Notes: generated by a model from the sequence alone, not told the origin. 64,000 bases of DNA from Candidatus Parcubacteria bacterium (GCA_046050355.1 JBJOPW010000003.1:1-64000), one strand, 5' to 3'; counted from the first letter of the stretch, positions 18,100 to 28,325 are shown. Translations and numbers: made by a program.

Positions 18100-19269
18100 A
18101 TGCGCATCACTCATAGTCCAACCGAATTTTTGAAAATTGCAGCCGAAACCGCTGAACATTTTGGATTCAAAACTATCGAAGCGCTCCGTCAGGATCCAGC
18201 CTGTATCAACTGTACTGTCCCACTCTCGCATACGGTATCTGAAGCTGATCACGGACTTGATGCGGTAAACGGCCACCTCTCACGCGCGGTATTAACCTAT
18301 TGCGAAGCGGGTCTCCATGCCTATGGCAAACCAGTCTTCCTCTATACAGTAGATGTCACACAAGACAGTAATGAGACTGCCGTTTCATTCCACATCTTCA
18401 ATGTTGAAAAAAGTATTGCTGAAGCAATCCTCATTCATACGACAAAAGCGCTCGCGAGTGAACTTGGACATAATGACCACGTAGTCCGTATCAATAGCCT
18501 TGGAGACACCGAATCAGTTACTCGGTATAGTCGTGAACTAACAAACTTCCTGCGCAAGCGACTTGATCTCCTACCCCCAAACGCCCGAGAGCAGATGAAA
18601 GTCCATGCAATGTTAGCACTTCAAAGCCTGGTAGCAGAAAATCACGACCTGGCATACAAAACCCCAAATCCCCTTGAATACCTCAGTGACCAGAGCCGCA
18701 AACACTTCCGCGATATCATCGAGTATCTCGATATGAGTGGCACCGCTTACGAGATTGACCCTAAAATGCTCGGACACCACGAATACTACAGTGATGCACT
18801 CTTCTCGATTGATAGCGACCAAGACAGTGATGGCGCCCCACTTATCATTCAGGGTGGACGTTTTGACACCTTCCTCGAACGGAAGACCAAGCGGAAGACC
18901 GGCGGCGTTGGTGCGGTGGCTATCCTCCGCGAACGACCAGCTCCGAGTCGTATTCCTAGGGCAAAGGTAGAAACCCCAAACACCTACATTATCCAACTTG
19001 GCTTTGGACCAAAAGTCCGTAGTCTTATGATTATTGATGAGCTCCGTCGTGCCGGTATTAGCATCATGCAAGATCTCGCAAATGATTCTCTATCCGCTCA
19101 GCTTCGCGATGCTGAGACTCGTGGCGTCAAGCACGTTATCATTATTGGCCAGAAGGAGTTTGTCGATGGTACAGTCATTCTCCGCGATATGGACGCCCGC
19201 AAGCAGGAGGCTATCGCAATGGACAGCCTCGTGAAGCGCCTGAAGCGCGCCGCAATGGTGAACGTCTAA
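18100..19269 (+). CDS. Degenerate histidyl-tRNA synthetase-like protein
   Basis: INSLGD, HF..IEYL, GGRFD and HGTP anticodon-binding C-domain; class II motif 2 not recognisable. Confidence 0.8.
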   Translation: MRITHSPTEFLKIAAETAEHFGFKTIEALRQDPACINCTVPLSHTVSEADHGLDAVNGHLSRAVLTYCEAGLHAYGKPVFLYTVDVTQDSNETAVSFHIFNVEKSIAEAILIHTTKALASELGHNDHVVRINSLGDTESVTRYSRELTNFLRKRLDLLPPNAREQMKVHAMLALQSLVAENHDLAYKTPNPLEYLSDQSRKHFRDIIEYLDMSGTAYEIDPKMLGHHEYYSDALFSIDSDQDSDGAPLIIQGGRFDTFLERKTKRKTGGVGAVAILRERPAPSRIPRAKVETPNTYIIQLGFGPKVRSLMIIDELRRAGISIMQDLANDSLSAQLRDAETRGVKHVIIIGQKEFVDGTVILRDMDARKQEAIAMDSLVKRLKRAAMVNV

Positions 19270-19373
19270 CATCCATTCCAGCTAACAGACAAAAGTCGGG
19301 GCAACGCTCCGGCTTTTTGTCTGTTCTACCACCTTGCAGTTACTCGCGCCCTATGGTATTCTATCGCCCACAT

Positions 19374-19622
19374 ATGGCAACAAACGTAGCAGTCGCTAAG
19401 AATAACAACGAAAGTAGCGCAAACGTCATCCGACGCTTCCAAAAGCGTGTTCAGGGTGCAGGTATTATCCAGAAAGTTCGTGGTGGTCGTTACCATACAC
19501 GCATAAAGAGTCGCAACGTACAGAAATTTGGTCGTTTGAAGAAGCTGGCCAAAAAAGAAACCTACGAGGAGCTCTTGAAGCTTGGTAAGGTCCAAGAACG
19601 TACTCGCGGACGCCGCGGTTAA
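19374..19622 (+). CDS. rpsU: 30S ribosomal protein S21-like
   Basis: NESSANVIRRFQKRVQ.AG; basic. Confidence 0.75.
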   Translation: MATNVAVAKNNNESSANVIRRFQKRVQGAGIIQKVRGGRYHTRIKSRNVQKFGRLKKLAKKETYEELLKLGKVQERTRGRRG

Positions 19623-19766
19623 GCATCAAAAACACCACCTCCCTACAGGAGGTGGTGTTTTTAGAATCAAGGGTTCTTTCTTTTGCGGTTCTAAGTGAGC
19701 TGGGTTCTGCGACTCACAGGACTGGCCTTATAAAAGTGTGCGGAAAATGGCATACTACTTGTATCT

Positions 19767-20147
19767 ATGTCTACTTTTGCGATTGCAAGCACGGTAAAGT
19801 CGTACCCAACGTTTCAATACGAAACGATGAAAAACGATATCCTTGGAAAACGCTATAATCTCTCGCTCCAATTTGTCGGGCCAACCCGCGCAGCGCAGCT
19901 AAATACAACCTACCGCCAAAAAACCTACACCCCAAACGTTCTCTCCTTCCCCTTGACCCCCGACACCGGCGAAATCTTCATCTGCCCGCAGGTAGCGGTC
20001 AAAGAAGCTGCGAAGTACAATCTCTCACAAAGTGGCTATGTGGCCTACCTCTTCATCCATGGCCTCCTCCACCTCAAAGGACTTGATCATGGAGACGAAA
20101 TGGACAAGCAAGAGAAGCGTTACCTCCGTAAGTACGACATCGCCTAA
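19767..20147 (+). CDS. ybeY: rRNA maturation endonuclease YbeY
   Basis: LN..YR.K...NVLSF, HGLLHLKGLDH. Confidence 0.95.
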   Translation: MSTFAIASTVKSYPTFQYETMKNDILGKRYNLSLQFVGPTRAAQLNTTYRQKTYTPNVLSFPLTPDTGEIFICPQVAVKEAAKYNLSQSGYVAYLFIHGLLHLKGLDHGDEMDKQEKRYLRKYDIA

Positions 20148-20150
20148 TCT

Positions 20151-21320
20151 ATGTCAGAACACATTATCACCGGCATTGATGTAGGCACCTTCCAAGTGAA
20201 GGTGGCGATTGTACGTGTCCCAAAACTCAAAGGTGAACGTGGATTACCGCAGATTATTGGCACTGGTTTTGCCGAGAGTCGCGGACTCCGCAATGGCTAC
20301 ATCATTAGTGAAGCTGACGTCGTACGCAGCATCAGAAGTGCTGTCGCCCAAGCCGAGAAAGCCGCCGGAGTAGATGTGAAGCGGGCCTACGTTTCAATTG
20401 GCTCAATTGGCCTTGACGAAGTAATCTCAACCGGTGAAGTGATTACTTCTCGCGCTGACTCAGAAATTACCAATATTGATATTGAAAAAGCCCAGCAAGA
20501 CAGTGAGGATCGCATCATCGACCATATCCCGAACCGTAAGATCATCCACGCTATTCCCCTACGTTATCGTGTCGATGGTGAGCTCGTCCTTGGTAAGCCC
20601 CAGGGCATGCGCGGGACGAAGCTTGAGGTAGACACCCTTTTCATCACCACCTTCGAGCAGCATCTGAATGATCTCATTGGTGCGGTCGAGCGTACCGGTA
20701 TCTATGTCGAAGATGTGATGGCTTCTCCACTGGCCGCCTCCTTTGTCATCCTCTCAAAGGCTCAACGTCGCGCTGGTTGTATCCTCGCGAACATCGGCGC
20801 TGAAACAGTCTCAACCGTCGTTTTTGAGGACATGACACCCGTCTCACTGAAGGTCTTTCCGGTTGGTGCCAACGATATCACCAACGACATCGCGCTTGGA
20901 CTTCGCATTCCACTTGAAGAAGCCGAAAAAGTAAAGCGCGGTGGTATGACCACGACCACCATCCCGAAAAAGAAACTTGAGGAGATTATTAATGCGCGCC
21001 TTAATGACATCTTTGAACTCATTAGTCTTCATTTGAAGAAAATCAAAAAAGACGGACTCCTCCCCGCTGGCATCATCCTCACTGGTGGTGGCGCCACTAC
21101 GCTTGGTATCCAAGAGCTCGCCCGCAACACCCTCAATCTCCCTGCTCGTATTGCCACCCTTGAGTTCGGTAAGAACACCAAAGTCCGCGACGCCTCCTGG
21201 GCAGTCGCCTACGGCCTCTGTATGCTCGGTGCTAGTGATGGTGAGGAGACGACCGCAATTGGGGTAGTGAAGCAGACGAAACGAACTATTCTAGACTGGC
21301 TCTCCCAATTCCTCCCCTAG
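20151..21320 (+). CDS. ftsA: Cell division protein FtsA
   Basis: GIDVGT, ITNDIA, AEKVK, LTGGG; upstream of ftsZ. Confidence 0.96.
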   Translation: MSEHIITGIDVGTFQVKVAIVRVPKLKGERGLPQIIGTGFAESRGLRNGYIISEADVVRSIRSAVAQAEKAAGVDVKRAYVSIGSIGLDEVISTGEVITSRADSEITNIDIEKAQQDSEDRIIDHIPNRKIIHAIPLRYRVDGELVLGKPQGMRGTKLEVDTLFITTFEQHLNDLIGAVERTGIYVEDVMASPLAASFVILSKAQRRAGCILANIGAETVSTVVFEDMTPVSLKVFPVGANDITNDIALGLRIPLEEAEKVKRGGMTTTTIPKKKLEEIINARLNDIFELISLHLKKIKKDGLLPAGIILTGGGATTLGIQELARNTLNLPARIATLEFGKNTKVRDASWAVAYGLCMLGASDGEETTAIGVVKQTKRTILDWLSQFLP

Positions 21321-21443
21321 AACCAATGAATCGACCTCATCTTCTTTGTTGTCTTCAACTTTGAAGTATTCGTCGTAGCAATAAGTACGTCTCACACTTC
21401 AAAGTCTCGACGTCGCGAATCTGAGGCCGCTCATTGATTCTAG
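21317..21443. repeat. ERIC-like long hairpin, copy 4
   Basis: 127 bp bounded by CTAG at both ends (left one contains ftsA TAG); minus strand GCGACG...CAACAAAG. Confidence 0.8.
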
Positions 21444-21680
21444 TTTTCAATACCGAGTGCTTTGATATTTTTATTTAGTAAGAAACACAGTCTCAAAAAA
21501 ACCGTTTTAAAATAACATTTTTTATATTAGTCAAAAACACGAAAGTCAGGATAGTCAATATAGTGACAGGTAGTTTTATTCCCTGTATGATGGTGACACC
21601 TAGAGGCAACGTGCGTTAGACACTGGTCCTTCTGCGGTATCGTTTGGTTATTATTATTTGGAGGTTAGTCGCAACTTATT

Positions 21681-22937
21681 ATGGAACAGATTAAAACAGA
21701 CGTTGAGTCATTCGCCCGCATTCGTGTTGTGGGTGTTGGTGGTTCAGGCAACAACGCCGTGAACTACATGGTCGGCGCCAAAGTTAAAGGTGTTGAATTT
21801 ATCGCAATCAATAGTGATGCCCAAGATCTCCATCACTCACTGGCGAAACGTAAGATCCATGTCGGCAAGAATCTCACTCGTGGTCTTGGTGCTGGCGGTA
21901 ACCCAGACATGGGCCGACGTGCCGCTGAAGAAACACGCGAAGAAATTGCCAATGCCATCAAGGGTTCAGATATGATCTTTGTCACCTGTGGTATGGGAGG
22001 AGGAACCGGTACCGGTGCCGCTCCAGTCGTGGCGAAGATTGCTCGTGAGAGTGGTGCGCTCACCGTGGGTGTCGTCACGAAGCCCTTCCTCTTTGAAGGG
22101 CAGGAACGAATGCGCCTCGCTCTCCAAGGCATCGAGGAATTGAAAAAAGAAGTCGACGCACTCATCACCATTCCAAACGACCGCCTCCTTGCCATTGTTG
22201 ACAAAGAGACTACTGTCAAAAGCGCCTTTGAGCAGTGCGACAATGTCCTCAAGCAAGCCGTTGAAGGTATCTCTGACCTTATCACTATGCCTGGTATCAT
22301 TAACGTCGACTTCGCTGATATTCGTAGCGTCATGGAGAACGCCGGTTCAGCCCTCATGGGTGTCGGCGTCTCAGCTGGCGAAAAGCGCGCTGAGGAAGCC
22401 GCCCGCGCCGCTATCAACTCACCACTCCTTGAAGTATCAATCACCGGGGCGAAGGGTGTCCTCTTTGCGATTGCCGGTGGTGACGACCTTGGTATGCTCG
22501 AAATCCAGGACTCAGCACGAGTGATTACCGAATCAATTGATCCACACGCCAAGGTTATCTTTGGTGCGATCAAGGACGACAAACTCAAAAAGAACGAGGT
22601 GAAGGTGACGGTAATTGCGACCGGCTTCCCTGAAGAATCAAGTGGACACCACAGCGCACCAATTGCTCGTCGTGCCCCCATAGCTGAACCATCACCAATT
22701 ATGGCCGAAACCGAGGAGCCAGTAGCTGAACCAGTTCGTGGCCGTATCTTCAATTCACTCACGAACCCACGCCGCCAAGAAGTCGACGAAGCACCAGCAC
22801 CAAAGGTAGACATGATGCCAGAGCCAAAGCCTGAACTCCCTCGCCGTGAACCCAAGCCAGTCGATCCCGTCGACGAAGACGATGAGGACGATTGGGGCGC
22901 CGTGCCGGCCTTCTTGCGTCGTTCAAAACTTAAATAA
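21681..22937 (+). CDS. ftsZ: Cell division protein FtsZ
   Basis: [16 protein letters not shown]-terminal VPAFLRR. Confidence 0.99.
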   Translation: MEQIKTDVESFARIRVVGVGGSGNNAVNYMVGAKVKGVEFIAINSDAQDLHHSLAKRKIHVGKNLTRGLGAGGNPDMGRRAAEETREEIANAIKGSDMIFVTCGMGGGTGTGAAPVVAKIARESGALTVGVVTKPFLFEGQERMRLALQGIEELKKEVDALITIPNDRLLAIVDKETTVKSAFEQCDNVLKQAVEGISDLITMPGIINVDFADIRSVMENAGSALMGVGVSAGEKRAEEAARAAINSPLLEVSITGAKGVLFAIAGGDDLGMLEIQDSARVITESIDPHAKVIFGAIKDDKLKKNEVKVTVIATGFPEESSGHHSAPIARRAPIAEPSPIMAETEEPVAEPVRGRIFNSLTNPRRQEVDEAPAPKVDMMPEPKPELPRREPKPVDPVDEDDEDDWGAVPAFLRRSKLK

Positions 22938-22949
22938 AGTTTTGACGAG

Positions 22950-23280
22950 CAAGGGCCGGCGCGGCGCGGCGGACCGATGTGAGTCGCCCCTTCCTAGGGC
23001 GACGAAGCAGGCCGCCGGGGTCGGAAGTACTTAGATTTTTATGAACGTAGTGAAATAAAAAGCTTAGTAACTTCTGACCTGTTCCTGCATTTCTCCGAAG
23101 GAGCCGAACCAGCAAGCCGCAGCGATACGAACCGCTCCTTCCTAGAGCGGTGAGGCAGCGAGCCGGGTGAGAAATGGGACGGGACCCATTTCGCAAGACC
23201 TTGCCAGCTATCTTTTGAGTGAAAGCGAAAAAGTAGCGACAAGGTGTACTGAACCTGTAAGGTTCGACGGCATTCTCATA
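22950..23280 (+). ncRNA. Tandem type I + type II structured cores in the ftsZ 3' region
   Basis: GGGGTCGG...CTGACC (23017-23079) resembles the Arg/Phe/Leu elements; 23234-23267 is 29/34 identical to the Lys element with compensatory changes. Confidence 0.6.
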
Positions 23281-23342
23281 ATTTAATTTCAAAACCCGAT
23301 TCATGACAAACCCCGTACTCTTGAGTACGGGGTTTTGTTTCC

Positions 23343-23579
23343 CTACAACTTCTTCACAATCGTCTCCAAGAGCATCGTCGTCTCCTCATTAGACCGCTTC
23401 CCACCACACTCCTTGAGCGATAGCAACAGATACTCCTTCACACAGGCATCAAGCGCACCCTTGGCAGCCAAGAATTGCGGCACTGCATTCGTGCATGATG
23501 GCTGGCAGGTCTCGAGGTCAGTGCGGATTTTTTGCAGCTGCCCTTCAACCCGCTTCAGTCGGTTGACGATTGGTTTCAT
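23343..23579 (-). CDS. CsoR/RcnR-family repressor
   Basis: NRLKRVEGQL, C29, Q..AAKGAL, C58. Confidence 0.9.
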   Translation of the reverse strand: MKPIVNRLKRVEGQLQKIRTDLETCQPSCTNAVPQFLAAKGALDACVKEYLLLSLKECGGKRSNEETTMLLETIVKKL

Positions 23580-23584
23580 ATGTG

Positions 23585-23615
23585 GACGAGTATACCCCCT
23601 GTGGGTATACTCGTC
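23585..23615. promoter_or_regulatory. CsoR-type operator
   Basis: GACGAGTATACCC-N5-GGGTATACTCGTC; TAC/GTA around C/G tracts; overlaps TATACT -10. Confidence 0.8.
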
Positions 23616-23663
23616 AACGCAAGCGTGGTACACTATGGGCCTAATTAAATTGATTGTTTTTGT

Positions 23664-24578
23664 ATGTTCGATCTCGTCATTATCGGCGGAGGACCAGCTG
23701 GCGTATCAGCTGGCGTCTATGCTGCTCGCAAGCGTTTGACCACGTGCTTCATCACCAAGGATTGGGGTGGCCAGAGTATTGTCTCAACCGATATCCAAAA
23801 CTGGATTGGTACCCCTTCAATTAGCGGCGACAAACTCGCTTCAGACCTCAAGGCCCACCTCCTCTCCTACGCCGGCGAATATGTGACGGTAAAGAACAAC
23901 CTCGTCACCAACCTCACAAAGGGTACAGACACCCACACAGTAACTCTCGACAACGGCGAGACCATCGAAGCCCGTGCCATCCTCATTGCGTCAGGTTCAG
24001 CGCGACGTCGCCTCTCTATCCCTGGCGCTGATACCTACGAACACAAAGGGCTCACCTACTGTGCTTCGTGTGATGGTCCACTGTTTGCTGGACAGGACGT
24101 CGTTGTCGTAGGTGGCGGGAACGCCGGTTTTGAAACCGCCGCCCAGCTCCTCGCTTACACAAAAAGTGTCATCCTCCTCTCTCGCAGTGAGTTTAAGGCC
24201 GACGCCATCACGGTCGAGAAGGTGCTCGCCCATCCGAACATGACTGCCCTCACCCACGCCGAACCAACTGCAGTCTTGGGCGAACAGTTCGTCACCGGTC
24301 TCACGTACAAGACTGCTGATGGTGAAGAAAAGACCATCGCGGTTGTTGGTATCTTTGTCGAAGCGGGTATGCTCCCGAATACCACCTACGCCAAAGACGC
24401 CGTCACCCTCGATGCTTTTGGTCGGGTCGAAATTGATCCGTGGACACAGCGCACTACCACCCCTGGTATCTGGGCCGCTGGTGACTGTACGAATGTGAAG
24501 TACCACCAGAACAACATCGCCGCTGGCGACGCTGTCCGCGCGCTTGAGGACATCTATGTCACATTGAAGGCAAGATAA
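23664..24578 (+). CDS. trxB: Thioredoxin reductase/AhpF-like FAD oxidoreductase
   Basis: GGGPAG, YCASCDG, GGGNAG, AAGD. Confidence 0.9.
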   Translation: MFDLVIIGGGPAGVSAGVYAARKRLTTCFITKDWGGQSIVSTDIQNWIGTPSISGDKLASDLKAHLLSYAGEYVTVKNNLVTNLTKGTDTHTVTLDNGETIEARAILIASGSARRRLSIPGADTYEHKGLTYCASCDGPLFAGQDVVVVGGGNAGFETAAQLLAYTKSVILLSRSEFKADAITVEKVLAHPNMTALTHAEPTAVLGEQFVTGLTYKTADGEEKTIAVVGIFVEAGMLPNTTYAKDAVTLDAFGRVEIDPWTQRTTTPGIWAAGDCTNVKYHQNNIAAGDAVRALEDIYVTLKAR

Positions 24579-24627
24579 CAGTGACTTGAAAACAAAAACG
24601 CACTCCCGTCGGGAGTGCGTTTTTGTT

Positions 24628-25356
24628 TTAGGTAGTATAGTCCTGGAAAGTGGCCGGTGTCACCACCCGTGGGAAGTGTTCACGGTATTCCGGATTGGCC
24701 TCGAGCCAGCGACTAATATCCGTCCACCTGAGGCCATGAAAGCCAAAGGAGTCCACGTAGTGATAATGATCCTTTGAACGCCCTTCATAGGAGAAGGCTT
24801 CGGCCACTGGCACCGGTGCAAAGCGGATCCCTTTCGCTTCAAGCTTCGCCTTTTCAGTATAACATTGTGCCCAGTCTTCTGGTTCGGTCAAGGTGAAGTC
24901 GCCAGCGGCAGCGAGCTTTGCGGTAAGGGCGAGGAGCTTCTGGCTCCGCCACGAGAAGCCACCGTTACCGACCACGAGCTGCCCAATCGATTCGACCGGT
25001 ACGTCGTGTCGCTCGACCGTCCACTGCCCGATCTCAATCGGTGCGCCGATATAGTCGTACTCACGCCAGCTATCCTGCCAGGCACTGGGATTGAGAACAA
25101 AACCATCATATTGAATAATCAATGCATATGGTGTATCGATATATTTATGAAGCTCGGTCAAGCAAAACTGCGAGTAAGCTTCAATGGAGAGAATGGGCTT
25201 AATAGCCACTTGTCGTTCGTCACTAGTAGGAATAGAGGTGAGAAGCTTCACTGCTCCAAACTCTACTTCTTTCGTTGATATATCAGCTGCTAAAGCGAGT
25301 CGCTTGAAATTAAGACAATCAATACCAACAAGGGTCACGTCCGACAATTCAATCAT
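24628..25356 (-). CDS. DUF5672-like (glycosyltransferase-like) protein
   Basis: LIIQYDG, YDYIGAP, VGNGGFSWRS, PED, FGFH. Confidence 0.8.
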   Translation of the reverse strand: MIELSDVTLVGIDCLNFKRLALAADISTKEVEFGAVKLLTSIPTSDERQVAIKPILSIEAYSQFCLTELHKYIDTPYALIIQYDGFVLNPSAWQDSWREYDYIGAPIEIGQWTVERHDVPVESIGQLVVGNGGFSWRSQKLLALTAKLAAAGDFTLTEPEDWAQCYTEKAKLEAKGIRFAPVPVAEAFSYEGRSKDHYHYVDSFGFHGLRWTDISRWLEANPEYREHFPRVVTPATFQDYTT

Positions 25357-25793
25357 TGGAAAAATTATATCACGACACGCAAAACGCGCCCCAGCCGGGC
25401 GCGTTTTGCTTTGTACAACGTAGAGTTTGGTCGGCATGCTCCGGCTCCTCGAGGGAACCATAGTATGGAGAATCACCACCATGTCGACCTAGATATATGG
25501 TCTCATGCTCCCAGAATTGGTCAATACACAAATACATCCCTAATCGAGCCTTATATTGCAACACTCTGTGTATAACGAGGGGAAAACCCCGTGGGAAACT
25601 TCGGTATAACTGTGTCAGTAAATGGGTGTGTTACTCAATTGACAGCTGTGGTACTGCTGTTACCTTAAAAGTAACCCGTGATGTAGTGACAGCCAGAACC
25701 ACTACTACCAGTTGCCCAGGAGTCTGTCGGCAACCTCTCAAACTACTCTGGAACGAAGTACATATTATTAGTGTTCCTTAAGTACACAAACCT

Positions 25794-26171
25794 ATGGAAA
25801 AGATTTATTCATTGTTGATTGCGAGTGACGAATTATTCACCTGTAGTGCCATCTATCGCTACAGTCATAAACACGATTTCAAGCTTCGTCTTGGACGTGA
25901 CGAAGAGATCAAAATCGCGCTGCCGATGCACCTAAAATCGGTGCCGCTCGAAGATATCAACTTAATCTACAATCCTCAGATGATTGATATTTTCTACGCC
26001 AAGATTCTACAGACCCAACAAAAGTTCACTACCCTCAGACACATTATTTTACGAATGCGTCCCTACGAAATCGGCTCCACTCATATCGGCATCGCCACGA
26101 GTACAGATGCTCACGACTATGCCGCTGAAAGTCATGCTATTCCACTCGGATGGGAACCAATGGTTGCCTAA
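25794..26171 (+). CDS. Hypothetical protein
   Basis: 125-aa ORF with TTGACA-17-TACCTT upstream. Confidence 0.6.
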   Translation: MEKIYSLLIASDELFTCSAIYRYSHKHDFKLRLGRDEEIKIALPMHLKSVPLEDINLIYNPQMIDIFYAKILQTQQKFTTLRHIILRMRPYEIGSTHIGIATSTDAHDYAAESHAIPLGWEPMVA

Positions 26172-26209
26172 GTTTTTATCTTTTCTCTACCACAGAGCAA
26201 AACTACTAT

Positions 26210-28135
26210 CTACACCATTTTTTCTTTCATGAATAAAAGCCGCAAACCGTTACCAACTACAAGGAGTGTCCCACCCTCGTGCCCGATGACACCGAGTGGC
26301 AGTGGCAGGTAAAAGAATACGGTAGTAACGACCATAAGGACCATAATCCCGCAGGCAAAGATGAGGTTCTGTCTGATAATGCGGTTCGCACTCCGTGAGA
26401 GTGTGTACGCATAGACGAGCTTCCGGAGGTCATCAGACAGGAGTGCCACATCAGCTGCCTCAATCGCGGCATCAGTGCCAGCGACACCCATGGCAATACC
26501 GACCCGGGCAGTCGCAAGCGCGGCCGCATCATTCACGCCATCCCCCACAAACGCCACCTTGCCTTTCGAAGCGAGGGCCGAGACCGCGTCCACCTTATCC
26601 TCTGGTAGGAGTCCTCCCTGTATCTCACTCTCACTGAGGCCGAGCTTCGCTCCGATAGCAGCCGCCACCACGCGCGAGTCACCGGTCAGCATCACGATAT
26701 CCCGCACGCCAACCGCCTTCAGTTCTCGTAGGGCACCGACCGCTGTCTCGCGGATAGTGTCTGCGAGTGTTATATATCCGAGGACCGTCTCCCCTTCACC
26801 AATGATAATTGGCGTCTCACCAAGTGCCTCGCGCGCCGCGAGTGCTGTCTCTTCGGCCTCAGGGAGCATGGCGCGGTAGTCGGCCATCATGGCGCGGTTC
26901 CCGGCCCAGTAGGTCGAGGCGCCAAGGGTGGCCGTCACGCCTTTGCCTGGTACGGCAGTTGCCTCACCCTCGTGCCCGACTTGCACCCCACGACTCGTCA
27001 CGTACGCCACAATACTCTCAGCGAGTGGGTGTGTTGAATGGGCCTCAAGCTGCCCCGCGATCTTGAGAAACACCTCCTCCTCACCAAAGGCCACTACCTG
27101 GGTCACCTCCATCACCCCGTGGGTGAGGGTGCCGGTCTTATCAAGCGCGAGCACTGTCGTATTACCAAAGTCCTCAAGTGCTGCCCCACCTTTAAAGAGC
27201 ACGCCATGCCGGGCTGCCGCAGCCAAGGCCGAGAGTACCGCCGCCGGTACACTAATCACGATAGCGCAGGGACTCGCCACTACGAGTAAGGTCGCCGCCT
27301 TATAAAACGCTTCGCCTGATGGTATCCCGAGGAGCAAAAATGCCCCGAGTGCGAGGATGCTTCCAACCAGTACCACAATCGTGTACCGCTGCCCGAACCA
27401 ATCGCCGAAGCGTTCACTTGGCGAGCGCTTCGCCTGGGCTTCGGTCACCAGTGCAATCATTCGCGCGAGGGTTGACTGCGACGCGAGGGCGGTCACCTCG
27501 ATGGTGAGCATAGCGTTTTCGTTTACCGATCCGGCAAAGACCTTATCTCCCGCTGCCTTATCGACCGGCACCGACTCACCGGTGATACTGGCTTGATTGA
27601 CCGCCCCACTACCCGATACCACTACCCCATCAATCGGTACGCGCTCCGCTGGCCGCACCACCACCACGTCCCCTAGGGCAAGCATTTCTACCGCCACCCG
27701 TTCAGTGGAGCCATCAGCTTTCTTGCGGTTTGCTTCGTCTGGCCGCATGTCCATCAGCGCTGCGACCGAGCGCTTCGTGTTCCCCATCGCGTAGTGTTCA
27801 AGCGTCCCGGCGAGACTAAAGAGGAAGAGGAGGATAGCACCATCACGTACTTCCCCGACGCCAGCGGCTGCAAGCGCGGCGAGTACCATGAGGAGGTCTA
27901 TATTGAGCTCCTTTTCAAGAAGCGAGGCAAAGGCCTCTTTTGCGGCCGGTAGTCCACCCGCCAGGTACGCCATGATGTAGAGTCCGGCTGTGACATACAT
28001 CGGCCATTCGAGCCAGGTACCAAGTACCCCACCGACGAGGCCGATACCCGTGAGTGCGGTGAGGATACTCTGTATCCAGAGATCACGCCTGTCCGCCGCT
28101 ATTTCTGCTAAAATCTTTGCTTTAGTTTTGTCCAT
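26210..28135 (-). CDS. Heavy-metal P1B-type ATPase (P1B-4-like)
   Basis: TGES, SPC, DKTGT, HP, GDGVND, HEGGT; no N-terminal HMA domain. Confidence 0.95.
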   Translation of the reverse strand: MDKTKAKILAEIAADRRDLWIQSILTALTGIGLVGGVLGTWLEWPMYVTAGLYIMAYLAGGLPAAKEAFASLLEKELNIDLLMVLAALAAAGVGEVRDGAILLFLFSLAGTLEHYAMGNTKRSVAALMDMRPDEANRKKADGSTERVAVEMLALGDVVVVRPAERVPIDGVVVSGSGAVNQASITGESVPVDKAAGDKVFAGSVNENAMLTIEVTALASQSTLARMIALVTEAQAKRSPSERFGDWFGQRYTIVVLVGSILALGAFLLLGIPSGEAFYKAATLLVVASPCAIVISVPAAVLSALAAAARHGVLFKGGAALEDFGNTTVLALDKTGTLTHGVMEVTQVVAFGEEEVFLKIAGQLEAHSTHPLAESIVAYVTSRGVQVGHEGEATAVPGKGVTATLGASTYWAGNRAMMADYRAMLPEAEETALAAREALGETPIIIGEGETVLGYITLADTIRETAVGALRELKAVGVRDIVMLTGDSRVVAAAIGAKLGLSESEIQGGLLPEDKVDAVSALASKGKVAFVGDGVNDAAALATARVGIAMGVAGTDAAIEAADVALLSDDLRKLVYAYTLSRSANRIIRQNLIFACGIMVLMVVTTVFFYLPLPLGVIGHEGGTLLVVGNGLRLLFMKEKMV

Positions 28136-28196
28136 AATGGGACTAGTATAGCAAGGAAGTACCCATCAGACGACAAAGACTAATATCTCACCGTAA

Positions 28197-28220
28197 ACTA
28201 GACCACTATGCGACTCTTCC
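28197..28220 (-). pseudogene. 5' fragment of a tRNA-Ser-like gene
   Basis: GGAAGAGTCGCATAGTGGTCTAGT behind a TGGTATACT promoter; no anticodon or T arm follows. Confidence 0.5.
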
Positions 28221-28325
28221 AAACGCCCGACAGTATACCACCAGGCAGTAATTTCAAGCTAGCATTTTGCCAATTTTTTGGTATGATGTCGCCACATTAA
28301 TGTCCGTTTCGCTACAGACATTTTT

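Noticed and set aside
21833-22855. Long antisense ORFs over ftsZ (also gyrA, valS, lepA)
   Set aside because: Shadows of codon bias on the opposite strand; no motifs.
22972-23012. Hammerhead ribozyme (CCGATGTGAG-stem-CGAAG)
   Set aside because: Lacks the exact CUGANGA and GAAA core.
25567-25575. DnaA box (TTATACACA, minus strand) suggesting oriC
   Set aside because: Single box, no cluster and no dnaA.
28197-28220. Split or intron-containing tRNA-Ser
   Set aside because: No complementary 3' half found in the window.
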